Assembly (NCBI GenBank): GCA_003641425.1
Contig: QNAH01000001.1
Coordinates: 1 to 33,227 of the forward strand
Length of the DNA: 33,227 nt
Direction: 5' to 3'
Source: Candidatus Zixiibacteriota bacterium
Lineage (GTDB): Bacteria; Zixibacteria; MSB-5A5; GN15; PGXB01
The notes beneath the pieces are model-generated. The model did not search any database. It had not been told where the DNA came from and was given only the letters and a program-made list of their open reading frames with translations. Positions 8,357-18,269 of the stretch are shown one piece after another; the stretch's first letter is position 1, and each line of letters begins with the position of its first letter. The translations under genes were made by a program, and so were the position numbers.

Positions 8357-10258
8357 ATGCTGAAACAAAAAATGAATGATATAAAAGTCCTGATCAGCGA
8401 AAGGGGTTATATCGACCGGTATCGCTACCTGGTTATGGCTCTGCTTCTGAATGTGCCGGTCATCTATGTCATTCTCATGCTGGATGTGAAACAGGCCGAT
8501 TTTACACTTCTGAGCTGGTTCTATATCTCTACGGTCATCCTGGGTTATTATGTTTTGCCATTGCTGATTGTCTCAAGTGCTCTATTTATGCTTTTATTCC
8601 CATTCAGAAGACTCCTTTATTTTGTCACCGGCGCCGTGACGGTGATTTTTGTATTTTATCTTTTGATAGATCACTTCGTCTATGTCATCGCTAAGATACA
8701 TATCGATCTTTTCTGGCTTGAGTGGATAATAAACGATCTCGATGCGTTCGGCCTGCAGCCCTCCACATTCCGCAATGTCCTGCTGGTTCTGCTGGGTATT
8801 ATCGCATTGGAATTCGGTATTTTCCAAATTGCAAAGAAAATAAAAAAACCGAAATATATGATCCTGATATTCTCGGTATTATTAATCCTTGCCTTTGCCG
8901 CCAGTCAGATTATCCATGTCGTCGCCTATCAGCAGAACTACAGCCGGATAACCAGCCTTACGCCCTATTTCCCGATTTATGTTCCTGTAACATCCCATAA
9001 GAACGCCGATAAGTTCGGGAACCTGATTCCCATTTCCGAGGATGACGCTCAGGCTGTATCGGGTGATTTGAACAGCTCACTATATTATCCGCGGGCTGAA
9101 TTGAAATATTCGACACAGTCCGACACGGCACTTCCCAATCTCGTTATTATTTTTCTGGAAAGCTGGCGGATCGAAATGATGAATGACACAGTAACCCCGA
9201 ATATATTCGCCTTATCTCAAAAATCCTCGGTATTTACCAATCATTTCTGTTCCGGGAATTCGACAATTGCAGGGACATTCGGTCTGTTCTACGGAATTCA
9301 TCCGACATATTGGACAGCCGTGAAGGCCAATAGTGCCATAATCGATAATCCGGTATTGATCGATCATCTCAAAGAAAAACAATACGCCTTTGGCATCTAT
9401 GCCAGATCCAATTTTGTTCGACACAAGATCAAGGATGCTATTTTCCGCGGGATCGAGGTTCATGAATCATTTGCCGGGAAGACTAAAATCGAGCAGGACA
9501 GGGATATGACCGACCGGGTTATCTCTTTCATCCGCGAGCAGACAAACAGATCGAATCCATTCATGGCTTTTACATTTTACAAATCCAATCACTTTCCCTA
9601 CGAGTATCCCCCGGAGGACTCCATCTTTATGCCGGCTGAAGATATCAACCTTATGTTTGCTGATGATGACACTGACCCTGTGTACTATCGGAATGACTAC
9701 ATGAATTCGACTCACTATGTCGATGCACTCATAGGCGATATTATAAGGCAACTGGATTCGCTCGGACAGATGGAAAAGACTATTGTCGTTATCACCACCG
9801 ACCATTCCGATGAACTGAATGACAATCGGGCCAACTACTGGGGCCACGGCAGTAATTTCACAAAATATCAGTCAATGGTACCATTTGTTCTTTATATACC
9901 CGGCCGGAAACCCGCGCAGATCGATTATACTACCTCGCATATTGATTTGGTGCCGACTCTTATGCAAGAAGTTTTCGGTTGCGAGAACGATATTGATGAC
10001 TACAGCAACGGGAGAAATCTTTTCGAGAAGCCGAACGGTATTCGTCCGATCGTAGTCGGAAGCTATGTCAATCATGCCTTTGTGATAGAAGACAATGTTT
10101 ACGAGATATACCCGATGTACACGAAAAAGTATAAGCTTGATAATATCGAAGAAAAAGCATCTCCCCCTCCCCCGGATATTTTAAAAAAAATAATGGATGA
10201 AATAAATCATTTTTATAAAAATAGCGATTCCGATCAAGACGGTATAACCGGGAAGTGA
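8357..10258 (+). CDS. yejM: YejM/PbgA(LapC)-like inner-membrane protein: multi-TM DUF3413-type N-terminus plus periplasmic sulfatase-fold domain
   Basis: There are about 5 N-terminal TM helices. The segment 'LYYPRAELKY...NLVIIFLESWR...FTNHFCSGNSTIAGTFGLFYGIHPTYW' is colinear with E. coli YejM 'VQYPLSELRY...VLLITVDGLN...FTRHMSSGNTTDNGIFGLFYGISPSYM'. 'VVITTDHSDE' and 'WGHGSN' also fit. Confidence 0.8.
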   Translation: MLKQKMNDIKVLISERGYIDRYRYLVMALLLNVPVIYVILMLDVKQADFTLLSWFYISTVILGYYVLPLLIVSSALFMLLFPFRRLLYFVTGAVTVIFVFYLLIDHFVYVIAKIHIDLFWLEWIINDLDAFGLQPSTFRNVLLVLLGIIALEFGIFQIAKKIKKPKYMILIFSVLLILAFAASQIIHVVAYQQNYSRITSLTPYFPIYVPVTSHKNADKFGNLIPISEDDAQAVSGDLNSSLYYPRAELKYSTQSDTALPNLVIIFLESWRIEMMNDTVTPNIFALSQKSSVFTNHFCSGNSTIAGTFGLFYGIHPTYWTAVKANSAIIDNPVLIDHLKEKQYAFGIYARSNFVRHKIKDAIFRGIEVHESFAGKTKIEQDRDMTDRVISFIREQTNRSNPFMAFTFYKSNHFPYEYPPEDSIFMPAEDINLMFADDDTDPVYYRNDYMNSTHYVDALIGDIIRQLDSLGQMEKTIVVITTDHSDELNDNRANYWGHGSNFTKYQSMVPFVLYIPGRKPAQIDYTTSHIDLVPTLMQEVFGCENDIDDYSNGRNLFEKPNGIRPIVVGSYVNHAFVIEDNVYEIYPMYTKKYKLDNIEEKASPPPPDILKKIMDEINHFYKNSDSDQDGITGK

Positions 10259-10466
10259 TTGCTCTTCCCTTGATCAGCGGCGGCTTGGATTTCATGAGTC
10301 GCCAGAAGATTTGAAATTGTGATTTCCAACCTATTGCCGTTCTCTCGATTAAAAGTTATATTGAAAAATCAAAAAAGCATTAGGGCATGCCGTAAATTCT
10401 TTCCGTTTTTGATGTGTGTCCGGATAACAGAATAAACAGCCGTGACCGGCATATTAAGAGGTAGCC

Positions 10467-12377
10467 ATGTATCAAAAAAACAGGATCATGCAGGGAATAG
10501 CTCTTCTTATTCAAGTGACCATAATTATGGTTCTTATTACAGGTTTTATCTCCGCAGAGACGAGAAGCCTGGTAAGAGATTCAATCCCCGACAAATACAA
10601 ATGGGATTTAAGTCATATCTATCCTGACTGGTCGGCGTGGGAAACCGACCTAGCCAGACTGGAGCCTCTTATTGATTCCTTTCAGGCTTTGCAGGGTTCG
10701 CTTTCCGGAAGCGCAGATAATCTTCTCAATGCTTTCAGGATGCGTGACAGAATAGACAGGCTGTTCGACAGTGTCTCCACTTATGTCGGATTGAAATATA
10801 CCACCGACCAGCGTAATAACCAAATCGGCGCCAGATATCAAAGAGCCCGGGTTTTAAGAAAAAAGAACAGAATCAGCAGATCGTGGTTCAGCCCCGAATT
10901 GCTTCGGATAAACAGAGATATTCTGCAGTCCTGGCTGGCCGGTAAGCCTGCCCTGAATGTATATCGGCTCGAAATCGAGATGGAAATCCGCAGGCAGAAG
11001 CATACTCTCGATGCGGCCCGGGAACAACTGCTTTCCTATTTTTCGAGTTTTCAGGGTTCCCCGGTACGGATTTATAATGCTTTGACCACCGCCGATAAAA
11101 AACATCCGATTGTCGAGATTGCCGACAGCGGTATTGTAACATTGACCGATGGGCGATATATGAATTTGCTTTCGACCAGCCGGAATCAGGCTGACAGAGC
11201 TCTGGCTTTTGACAGTATGATGACAACCCACAGCAACAAAGAGAACACCTTTGCCGCCATTTATAATTCAGTCCTGCAACGCGACTGGGCGACGGCCCAG
11301 GCGCGTAATTATGCCACCACTCTTGAAAGTTATCTTGACCATGACAATATCCCCACTGATGTTTTCACGAATCTGATAAAAACGGTCAAAGAAAATTCCG
11401 GGGCAATCAGAAGGTATTTTACGCTAAAGAAAAAGATGTTGGGGCTTGAGGAATTTCATATGTATGACCGTTACGCGCCGCTTACAGATTTCGATGCGAC
11501 CTATGAATATGATGATATTGTCGATTGGATCATCGAATCGGTCGAACCGCTTGGTCCGAAATATCAATCCAGGGTAAGAGAAGGATTTGAGAACCGCTGG
11601 ATCGACGTTTATGAAAATGAGGGCAAAAACTCCGGCGGTTTTTGTTCGGGTGTCTATGGGGTCCATCCTTATATTCTGGTAAATTATAATGAGACTATCG
11701 GCGAGATGTTTACAGTAGCCCACGAGATGGGTCATGCTTTGCATTCGGTTCTTGCCAATGAAAACCAGCCCTATGCCACAACCGGCTATTCGATTTTTGT
11801 CGCCGAAGTCGCCTCGACAGGGGCGGAGAATTTGCTGCTGCGTTATCTATTGAGTAAAACACAGGATCCAAAGGAAAGAATTCATCTCCTGCAAAAAACA
11901 ATCGACGGTCTTTATGGGACATTTTATCGTCAGGTTCTTTTTGCCGATTTCGAGTGGCGCGCTCACAAGATGGTGGAAAGCGGAGAGCCGGTGACGGCCA
12001 AATCCCTGAATGAATTATACTTGCAGGTCATTGACGATTTTTACGGCGACACCATGGCAAAGGATTCCCTGCTTGGATATTACTGGACAAGTGTCCCGCA
12101 TTTTTACTTCGGGCCTTACTACGTATATAAATATGCCACCAGCTATGCGGCATCGACACACCTGATTAACAGGATCATGTCAAGCGATGGAGCCGGGAAA
12201 CAAAAGGCTGTCGACAGATACCTGGGCCTGCTCAAAGCGGGCGGCAGCGACTATCCGATGAATCTGCTGAAAAATTCCGGAGTGGATATGTCCGACCCTG
12301 AGACCTATCTGGCCATTATAAGACTTACCGATGAACTGGTGTCGCAACTGGAGTCGGAGATGGCGAAGTTGGAATAA
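10467..12377 (+). CDS. pepF: Oligoendopeptidase F family (M3B zinc metallopeptidase), N-terminal signal/anchor
   Basis: HEMGHALH zinc motif with a downstream E (FVAEVAST). Length and overall layout are typical of PepF. SD AGAGG lies upstream of the ATG at 10467. Confidence 0.85.
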   Translation: MYQKNRIMQGIALLIQVTIIMVLITGFISAETRSLVRDSIPDKYKWDLSHIYPDWSAWETDLARLEPLIDSFQALQGSLSGSADNLLNAFRMRDRIDRLFDSVSTYVGLKYTTDQRNNQIGARYQRARVLRKKNRISRSWFSPELLRINRDILQSWLAGKPALNVYRLEIEMEIRRQKHTLDAAREQLLSYFSSFQGSPVRIYNALTTADKKHPIVEIADSGIVTLTDGRYMNLLSTSRNQADRALAFDSMMTTHSNKENTFAAIYNSVLQRDWATAQARNYATTLESYLDHDNIPTDVFTNLIKTVKENSGAIRRYFTLKKKMLGLEEFHMYDRYAPLTDFDATYEYDDIVDWIIESVEPLGPKYQSRVREGFENRWIDVYENEGKNSGGFCSGVYGVHPYILVNYNETIGEMFTVAHEMGHALHSVLANENQPYATTGYSIFVAEVASTGAENLLLRYLLSKTQDPKERIHLLQKTIDGLYGTFYRQVLFADFEWRAHKMVESGEPVTAKSLNELYLQVIDDFYGDTMAKDSLLGYYWTSVPHFYFGPYYVYKYATSYAASTHLINRIMSSDGAGKQKAVDRYLGLLKAGGSDYPMNLLKNSGVDMSDPETYLAIIRLTDELVSQLESEMAKLE

Positions 12378-12407
12378 TATGAACGGCCCAAAATACCCGG
12401 TGTCGAT

Positions 12408-13886
12408 TCAACGATACTCTGCGGCGGCCTCACGGGCCAGGTCAACCAGGGCCCAGTATGGCGGTGTGTAGCCGTTCTGTTCTTTGAATCGCAAGGCCGA
12501 TGTAATCAACTGTTTTTTTATCTTTCGGTGTTTTTGTGAAAACCACTCGTTTTGCAGGGCGGCGGTTGCATTCATTCCCTCTGGTATGGGACCTATTCCG
12601 CCGAAAAGGTTCAGAACCATACTATACAGCCGGGCAATTCTTGCAGTCGGCAGCATGTACCAATCATAATCGAGCTGATCTCCCCGATCAGCGCCTTCGA
12701 GCATGACATCCACTACCGCATTGTCCAGGTGATCCTTGTATAATGTTTCATGATCGCGCCACTCGGCCACGACCCGGATCTGTGAGTCGTATTCGAGATC
12801 GGATGGCTCCTGGGTGGTGAAATGTTTTACACCGAATGCGGCCAGCCATGATTTCACTCCGGGGCTCGAGATATGTGATAATGCCGACCACAGCCGGATG
12901 CCGACATGGCGGTATGCATCCGAAACCACCTCGGAGCAGAATAGTCTTGAGGACTCCCCCGTGTCCATAGTGAAATCATACGGAATATGTTCGGTAAACG
13001 CCCTTTGAAGAGCGTGCTCCGCTGCTTTATGAGGAAGCATCGGGTCGGAGCGCATGGCCGGCAAATCGGACCGGAGTCGGAGGATCATCACTCTAAGTTT
13101 CGTGTCTCTGAAATAATCATCAATAGCCGCAACCGCCACACCCATTTCGATATGCGACTCGATCATCGAAATGGCGCCGGTGTTTTTATCGATATACAGT
13201 AGCGCGGCATGAGAAAAATTGCCGGGATAGTCATTGCCGCGGGCGATCAGGGCCGAAGTCGGCGCGCCGCCGCGAGAAATAAGAATGTCGCCGCTGTGAA
13301 CAGTGACACCGAGAATTTCCGCCGAGGGTGTGGCCGATGGTTCTTCGGTTTCTATGATTACTCCCGGTATTGCGTGTTCTAGTGACTGCAGAATGATTTC
13401 CTCGATAGCTGTCCGACAGCCGTACAAAAGTCGATAAATACGATCACGTGCCGGCCCGGCGTTCATATCCCATCCGGCAGACTGGTTTTTTACGGACTTT
13501 CGTAAACGGCTATAATAATTTGCATATTCCGGCAGCCGTAACGGGCAGGCGGCCAATACTACACTAAGTTCAAAAAAAGCGGTTTCCATTTCTGTAAACA
13601 AAGGGACATCGGGTGAGAAAGTATCTGATTCAACAATAATAAGAAGACTGTCGATCCGGGTCAAATCCGAAGAAATTTGATCAGCAAGACCGTCACATCC
13701 GACAGCCCTTGCCTTTTGAAATCTGTTTTCGAGTAATGACCAGTATTCATTGCTGTCCCAGGCAAAAGGTTGCTTATCTGTGCCGGGCACCAGAGGCAGT
13801 GCGGTGTCAGGTATCAGTAAGAGTAAATAACAAATGCATAGAAGTGCAATGATGCCTGCAAACCATCTTGTAAATCTGTATTTCAT
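12408..13886 (-). CDS. Membrane-anchored protein with YiiX/YaeF-type permuted papain-like (NlpC/P60 superfamily) domain
   Basis: N-terminal TM helix (WFAGIIALLCICYLLLLI). 'GDILISRGGAPTSALIARGNDYPGNFSHAALLYID' and later 'IPYDFTMDTGESSRLFCSEVVSDAYRHVG' follow the His...Cys permuted order of the YiiX family. The ATG at 13886 is preferred over the TTG at 13892. Confidence 0.55.
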   Translation of the reverse strand: MKYRFTRWFAGIIALLCICYLLLLIPDTALPLVPGTDKQPFAWDSNEYWSLLENRFQKARAVGCDGLADQISSDLTRIDSLLIIVESDTFSPDVPLFTEMETAFFELSVVLAACPLRLPEYANYYSRLRKSVKNQSAGWDMNAGPARDRIYRLLYGCRTAIEEIILQSLEHAIPGVIIETEEPSATPSAEILGVTVHSGDILISRGGAPTSALIARGNDYPGNFSHAALLYIDKNTGAISMIESHIEMGVAVAAIDDYFRDTKLRVMILRLRSDLPAMRSDPMLPHKAAEHALQRAFTEHIPYDFTMDTGESSRLFCSEVVSDAYRHVGIRLWSALSHISSPGVKSWLAAFGVKHFTTQEPSDLEYDSQIRVVAEWRDHETLYKDHLDNAVVDVMLEGADRGDQLDYDWYMLPTARIARLYSMVLNLFGGIGPIPEGMNATAALQNEWFSQKHRKIKKQLITSALRFKEQNGYTPPYWALVDLAREAAAEYR

Positions 13887-14087
13887 ACACAATTATAATT
13901 TTATTATAGATTTTTAATCAAAGCCCGGATAGCATTATCACTGCCGTTTTAAAATGCTCCCGTTCTTATGTCAAAGTAAAATATAAACCCGACAATTCAT
14001 ACATATTTGTAAGAAGTCGGGGTTAAAAAAAGATATTCGGCGTATGATGCTTTATTATATTGAATCAAAATACTTCAACACGAATTT

Positions 14088-14960
14088 TCATGATAAGGCG
14101 TCCATGCCTGCCCGGGCCGCCTCCCATCCCAAAATAGCCTTTTTTCTGTTGCTTCCCCATCGATAGCGGTAGATAATGCCGGTTTTTGCGATTACCCGAT
14201 GACACGGAATGAGATATGCAACCGGGTTGACCGCAACGGCATGCCCGACAGCGCGGACCGCATTCGGCTGTCCGATTATAGCGGCAATATCCTGATAGCT
14301 CACAAGGGATCCCTCGGGAATGGTCAACAGTGCGCGCCAGACATTTACCTGGAAATTTGTACCCTTAAGCAGTAGTCTAAATTTGCTCTTTTTATTGGCA
14401 GTTTTGGATGTGAATATATTTTCAACAATGGATTCTGTCACTTTTGAATTTTCGGCAAATATCGCATTGGGCCATAAATTCTGCAAGTGGTTCAATGATT
14501 TCGTCTTATTGATGGAATCGAGAAATCCGAGGTGGCATATTCCCCTGTCCGTTTTTGCGATCAGACACTCACCGAAAATAGTATGATGATGACCGTATTC
14601 GATCCTAAGACCGGTTCCATATTGCTTGTATTCACCGGGGGTCATAGCGTCGAAGGTGACAAACAGGTCATGAAGACGCCCGGGGCCGGAAAGGCCCGTA
14701 TCCAACGATGCGTCAAGCAGATTTCCTGATTCCGCCAGTTTATCTTTGGCGTATTCAAGAGTCAGAAATTGCATGAATCGAACCGGGCTGATACCGGCCC
14801 AGCGTTTGAACAGCCGATGAAAATGGTATTTGCTTAGATTAACGCTTTTTGCGATTTCATCAAGATCAGGCCGTGACTTGAAATTGGCTTCAATAAATTT
14901 GATAGCCTGTTCGATTCGCCGATAATCCTCGGACAATTGTGATAATCTCTTTTTGGTCAT
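14088..14960 (-). CDS. AraC-type HTH regulator fused to methylated-DNA-[protein]-cysteine S-methyltransferase (Ada/Ogt-like)
   Basis: The N-terminal region has an AraC HTH (LSKYHFHRLFKRWAGISPVRFMQ). The C-terminal region has the MGMT active site 'LIPCHRVI' followed by 'YRWG'. Confidence 0.85.
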   Translation of the reverse strand: MTKKRLSQLSEDYRRIEQAIKFIEANFKSRPDLDEIAKSVNLSKYHFHRLFKRWAGISPVRFMQFLTLEYAKDKLAESGNLLDASLDTGLSGPGRLHDLFVTFDAMTPGEYKQYGTGLRIEYGHHHTIFGECLIAKTDRGICHLGFLDSINKTKSLNHLQNLWPNAIFAENSKVTESIVENIFTSKTANKKSKFRLLLKGTNFQVNVWRALLTIPEGSLVSYQDIAAIIGQPNAVRAVGHAVAVNPVAYLIPCHRVIAKTGIIYRYRWGSNRKKAILGWEAARAGMDALS

Positions 14961-15215
14961 GGTTCAAGTATAACTTTGTCCGGCAAACAATTCCACCCAA
15001 ATCTTGCCTTTATTTACAAAAAGTACCGACACTCGGACGCAGAGCCGGGGTTCAATACTATACTAAAGTGTATTTGTTTATTTTCTTGGAAGTAAAAATC
15101 AGTAAGATGAGTAATAGCATAAAGTAAACAATCATAGCAAATTATACCGGACATCAAAACATAAAAAGGAGCAGGGTAGTTAATTATCCTTGTGAATTTT
15201 ACAATTTTTGTGTTT

Positions 15216-15237
15216 CCATGACAATTCCATGACAATT
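15216..15237. repeat. Perfect 11-bp tandem duplication CCATGACAATT x2 upstream of hemA
   Basis: Read directly from the sequence. A third ACAATT lies at 15201-15206. Possible operator, function unknown. Confidence 0.5.
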
Positions 15238-15326
15238 GAGTTTTGATATTATTATAGATTGGGCCTCACAATGATGAAACTAAGACAAAGAAAAGCTGAG
15301 AAATAACAGGATTGGGATTGAAAAAA

Positions 15327-16388
15327 ATGGAATTCGGCATAATTGGTTCATCGGTCTGGCAACAAAATCTTCCTCTACTTGAATCACTGACTCTTGATCG
15401 CGAAGACAAAATCGAAAAGCTTCATCAATTGAAGGCAAAGCTTGAAATCAGCGAATTGATTTATCTGGCCACCTGTAATCGCGTGGAGTTTATTTATGCT
15501 TCAACTGGCAGATTTTCGAACAGCGAAATTTTCCATCGCCTTCTTGATTTCTTCTTTTCCGGTGGAAAGAAAATCAATTTTTTCCCGAATGACTTTTATC
15601 AGTATTCCGGCCGTGATGCCATAACCCATCTTTTCAGGACGGTTTCATCTCTGGAATCGCTGGTGATGGGAGAGGCGCAGATCGCCGGACAATTCAAATC
15701 TGCTTATGTCGAAGCCATCGAGTCCGGACTGGCCGGTCCGTTTCTCAGCAAACTTGCGGATCAGGCCCTCAATGTGGCCAAAAAAATTAAGCGCGAGACT
15801 GAAATAGGCAAGGGTGCTCAGTCGATGGCCTCGCTGGCCTTTTCCGAGCTGGAGGCGCATTTGAAGGATCGCCGGGATGCGACCATCGCTCTGATCGGGG
15901 CCGGTGAAATGACGCTTAAATTTGCCAAGTATATCAATAAGGCTGGCCTTGGTAATGTTCTTTTTGTAAATCGTTCACATGATAAAGCTGAAAAGCTTGC
16001 CGATGAATTCGGGGGCCGGGCGGCAGCATTAAACGATTTTTTGCTAGCTCCAGTAGCTATGCAGGCTATTGTTTCGGCGACTGCTTCCCCTACCCCCATC
16101 TTTAATGTGGATTTTCTAAATAGGCTGGATTCGACAGAGTCGCAGATTCTTTGTATCGACATGGCCATCCCTCGTGACTTCGCAGGTGAGTATTTAGCTG
16201 ACGACAGGGTGCGGCTGGTGGATATTCCATATTTGAAAGCCCGATCAAACGGAAATCTCCGCAAGAAATTTCTCGAGACCAGCAAGGCCAATGAGATTTT
16301 GAAACAGTCGGTACACAGATTTCTCACGGATCGTATGGAAATCTCGATCAAGCCGATTTTCCAGGAAAGTTACAATGAATCGATTTAA
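15327..16388 (+). CDS. hemA: Glutamyl-tRNA reductase, terminated early by an in-frame TAA (see 16389..16595)
   Basis: 'YLATCNRVEFIY' catalytic-Cys motif, NADPH-binding 'LIGAGEMTLKFAKY', and 'CIDMAIPRD'. ATG at 15327, with a TTG at 15312 as an alternative. The TAA at 16386-16388 falls inside the expected C-terminal dimerisation domain. Confidence 0.85.
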   Translation: MEFGIIGSSVWQQNLPLLESLTLDREDKIEKLHQLKAKLEISELIYLATCNRVEFIYASTGRFSNSEIFHRLLDFFFSGGKKINFFPNDFYQYSGRDAITHLFRTVSSLESLVMGEAQIAGQFKSAYVEAIESGLAGPFLSKLADQALNVAKKIKRETEIGKGAQSMASLAFSELEAHLKDRRDATIALIGAGEMTLKFAKYINKAGLGNVLFVNRSHDKAEKLADEFGGRAAALNDFLLAPVAMQAIVSATASPTPIFNVDFLNRLDSTESQILCIDMAIPRDFAGEYLADDRVRLVDIPYLKARSNGNLRKKFLETSKANEILKQSVHRFLTDRMEISIKPIFQESYNESI

Positions 16389-16595
16389 CTGGCCCAGACG
16401 GCCCTTGAAGATCTATTCTCCAAGAAGATCACATCGCTCAACGATGACGAAAAACAGGCCGTTTTGAGGCTGGTCACCAAGATTATCGGACATACCGCCT
16501 TCCAGCCGGCCAGAAAACTCTCCGATCGTCTGGCGCAAGTGCATTCTCAGTTAAACCTTGAAGATCTGGTAATACCGAAAAAGAGCGCCAGTTGA
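16389..16595 (+). other. In-frame continuation of hemA beyond the TAA (68 codons, HemA C-terminal-domain-like)
   Basis: Same frame as hemA. It has no start codon or SD of its own. It translates to LAQTALEDLFSKKITSLNDDEKQAVLRLVTKIIGHTAFQPARKLSDRLAQVHSQLNLEDLVIPKKSAS, which resembles the '...KLLHxPxxxLK' end of HemA proteins. Its TGA (16593-16595) overlaps the hemC TTG start (TTGA). Confidence 0.65.
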
Positions 16596-17506
16596 AACCG
16601 GTCAGTCTTATTATCGGGTCTAGAGGTTCGAATCTGGCCCTATATCAAGCTAATCTAATAAAATCAGTTCTCGAAAAAAAACATTCGTGCCGGGTGTCGA
16701 TCAAAATCGTTAAAACGTCCGGCGATAAAATAGACGACATATCCTTCGACAAGATGGAAGGTAAGTGTTTCTTCACCAAAGAATTGGAAGACAGCCTCTT
16801 AAGCCACGAGATCGATCTTGCCGTACACTCTCTCAAAGATCTGATGACGGTACAGCCGGATGGGCTTAAACTCGGCGCCGTAGGGTATCGCGCGGATCGC
16901 CGGGAGATGCTTCTTATTAGAAAGGAATCAAGGATCGGCAACGGTGTTCTTCCCGTGAAAGAGGGCGGAATCATCGGTACAAGCTCCGCCCGCCGAAAAT
17001 GCCAGATCAATTTTCATAACGACTCTCTTCAGATAAAAGACCTGCGCGGTAATGTCCCCACCCGCGTTAATAAGTTGAGACAGGGGATGTACGATACCAT
17101 CGTCATTGCCGTCGCTGGAGTGAAGAGACTCGGGCTTGATCTGTCCGACCTGGATGCAATCGAACTTGAGCCGGAGACTTTTCTTCCCGCTCCTGCTCAA
17201 GGCATTCTTGGTATTCAGATCCGCAGCGATGATGAAAAGACGGATGCTGTCGTGTCGAAAATGAACTCCTGTGATGCGGCGGCCGAGGCCGCACTGGAGC
17301 GCGGATTGCTGGCGGAATTCGATTCCGGATGTTCACTGCCGCTTGGCGTCTATTCCGAAATTGAAAGCGAACGATATCGCCTGAAGGCGGTTCTGGGAGT
17401 GCCGGCAGCCGAAGGTTGGGGCAGCATTAGAAGTGTCGATATTTCCGGTGACAACATTGATGATGTTGTCATGAACGCCTTCAGGAGATTGAACGAGGAT
17501 GAATAA
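16592..17506 (+). CDS. hemC: Hydroxymethylbilane synthase (porphobilinogen deaminase)
   Basis: 'IGSRGSNLALYQA', 'GNVPTRVNKL', 'IVIAVAGVKRLGL' and the cofactor-Cys region 'FDSGCSLPLGVY'. Confidence 0.92.
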   Translation: MKPVSLIIGSRGSNLALYQANLIKSVLEKKHSCRVSIKIVKTSGDKIDDISFDKMEGKCFFTKELEDSLLSHEIDLAVHSLKDLMTVQPDGLKLGAVGYRADRREMLLIRKESRIGNGVLPVKEGGIIGTSSARRKCQINFHNDSLQIKDLRGNVPTRVNKLRQGMYDTIVIAVAGVKRLGLDLSDLDAIELEPETFLPAPAQGILGIQIRSDDEKTDAVVSKMNSCDAAAEAALERGLLAEFDSGCSLPLGVYSEIESERYRLKAVLGVPAAEGWGSIRSVDISGDNIDDVVMNAFRRLNEDE

Positions 17507-17508
17507 TC

Positions 17509-18210
17509 ATGCGTCTCGCCATCACCCGACAATTGTCTCAAATTGATGATATCATTCATATCGCCTCGGCCAGAGGTATCGAAATAGTTTCTCTTCCTTT
17601 GATAAAAACAGAAAATCTCAAGTTTAAAATCGACGAGAATAAAATGCGGCAGGTAGACTGGCTCTTTTTTAGTAGTGTCAACGGGGTCCATGCTTTTTTT
17701 GAAAGATTGCGGGAATTGGATATCCACCCGCGCCAGGAAACCAAAATAGGGGCGATCGGGATGAAAACCGCTGAAGCGCTTGCCTATTACGGACTTAAAG
17801 TCGATTTTGTTCCGGAAGAAGCATACGGGAAAAATCTGTTTCTCGAATTTCTAAAAAAGGTGGCGAGCGGCAAAGAAACGGTCATGTATTCGCGCGCTAA
17901 AAAAATTGTCTTTGACCCCGAATGTCTTTTCCGGCTGGCTGGCATAGGGTATTATCCCGTTGTCAGTTACGAGGCCAGAGAAGGTGATATTTCGGAAGGG
18001 GTCGTTTCGTCTCTGTCAGAGACGAATTTTATATTGTTCACGGCGCCGTCAACGATAAGATCATATCATAAAAAGTTTGGAATACCGATTGCCAGAACGA
18101 TTGCAATCGGCCGAACGACAGCCAAAGAAATGGACTTGCATAATTGGCAAATATTCAAAATAATGGATATACCCAAAGTAGATATGGTATTGAATTATAT
18201 TGGAAGTTAA
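17509..18210 (+). CDS. hemD: Uroporphyrinogen-III synthase
   Basis: Its position is between hemC and hemL, 2 nt after the hemC stop. It has the HemD size and the 'DWLFFSSVNGV' / 'FTAPSTIRSY' pattern of the two-lobed fold. Confidence 0.8.
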   Translation: MRLAITRQLSQIDDIIHIASARGIEIVSLPLIKTENLKFKIDENKMRQVDWLFFSSVNGVHAFFERLRELDIHPRQETKIGAIGMKTAEALAYYGLKVDFVPEEAYGKNLFLEFLKKVASGKETVMYSRAKKIVFDPECLFRLAGIGYYPVVSYEAREGDISEGVVSSLSETNFILFTAPSTIRSYHKKFGIPIARTIAIGRTTAKEMDLHNWQIFKIMDIPKVDMVLNYIGS

Positions 18211-18269
18211 GTCGGCCATTTTTTGAGGGCGGCCGCCGGCGCTAATTTGCTAAACCAGAGGTAAGGAAA

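Noticed and set aside
15818-16351. 177-aa minus-strand ORF inside hemA
   Set aside because: It is antisense to hemA and has a Ser/Arg/Ala-rich, shadow-ORF composition.
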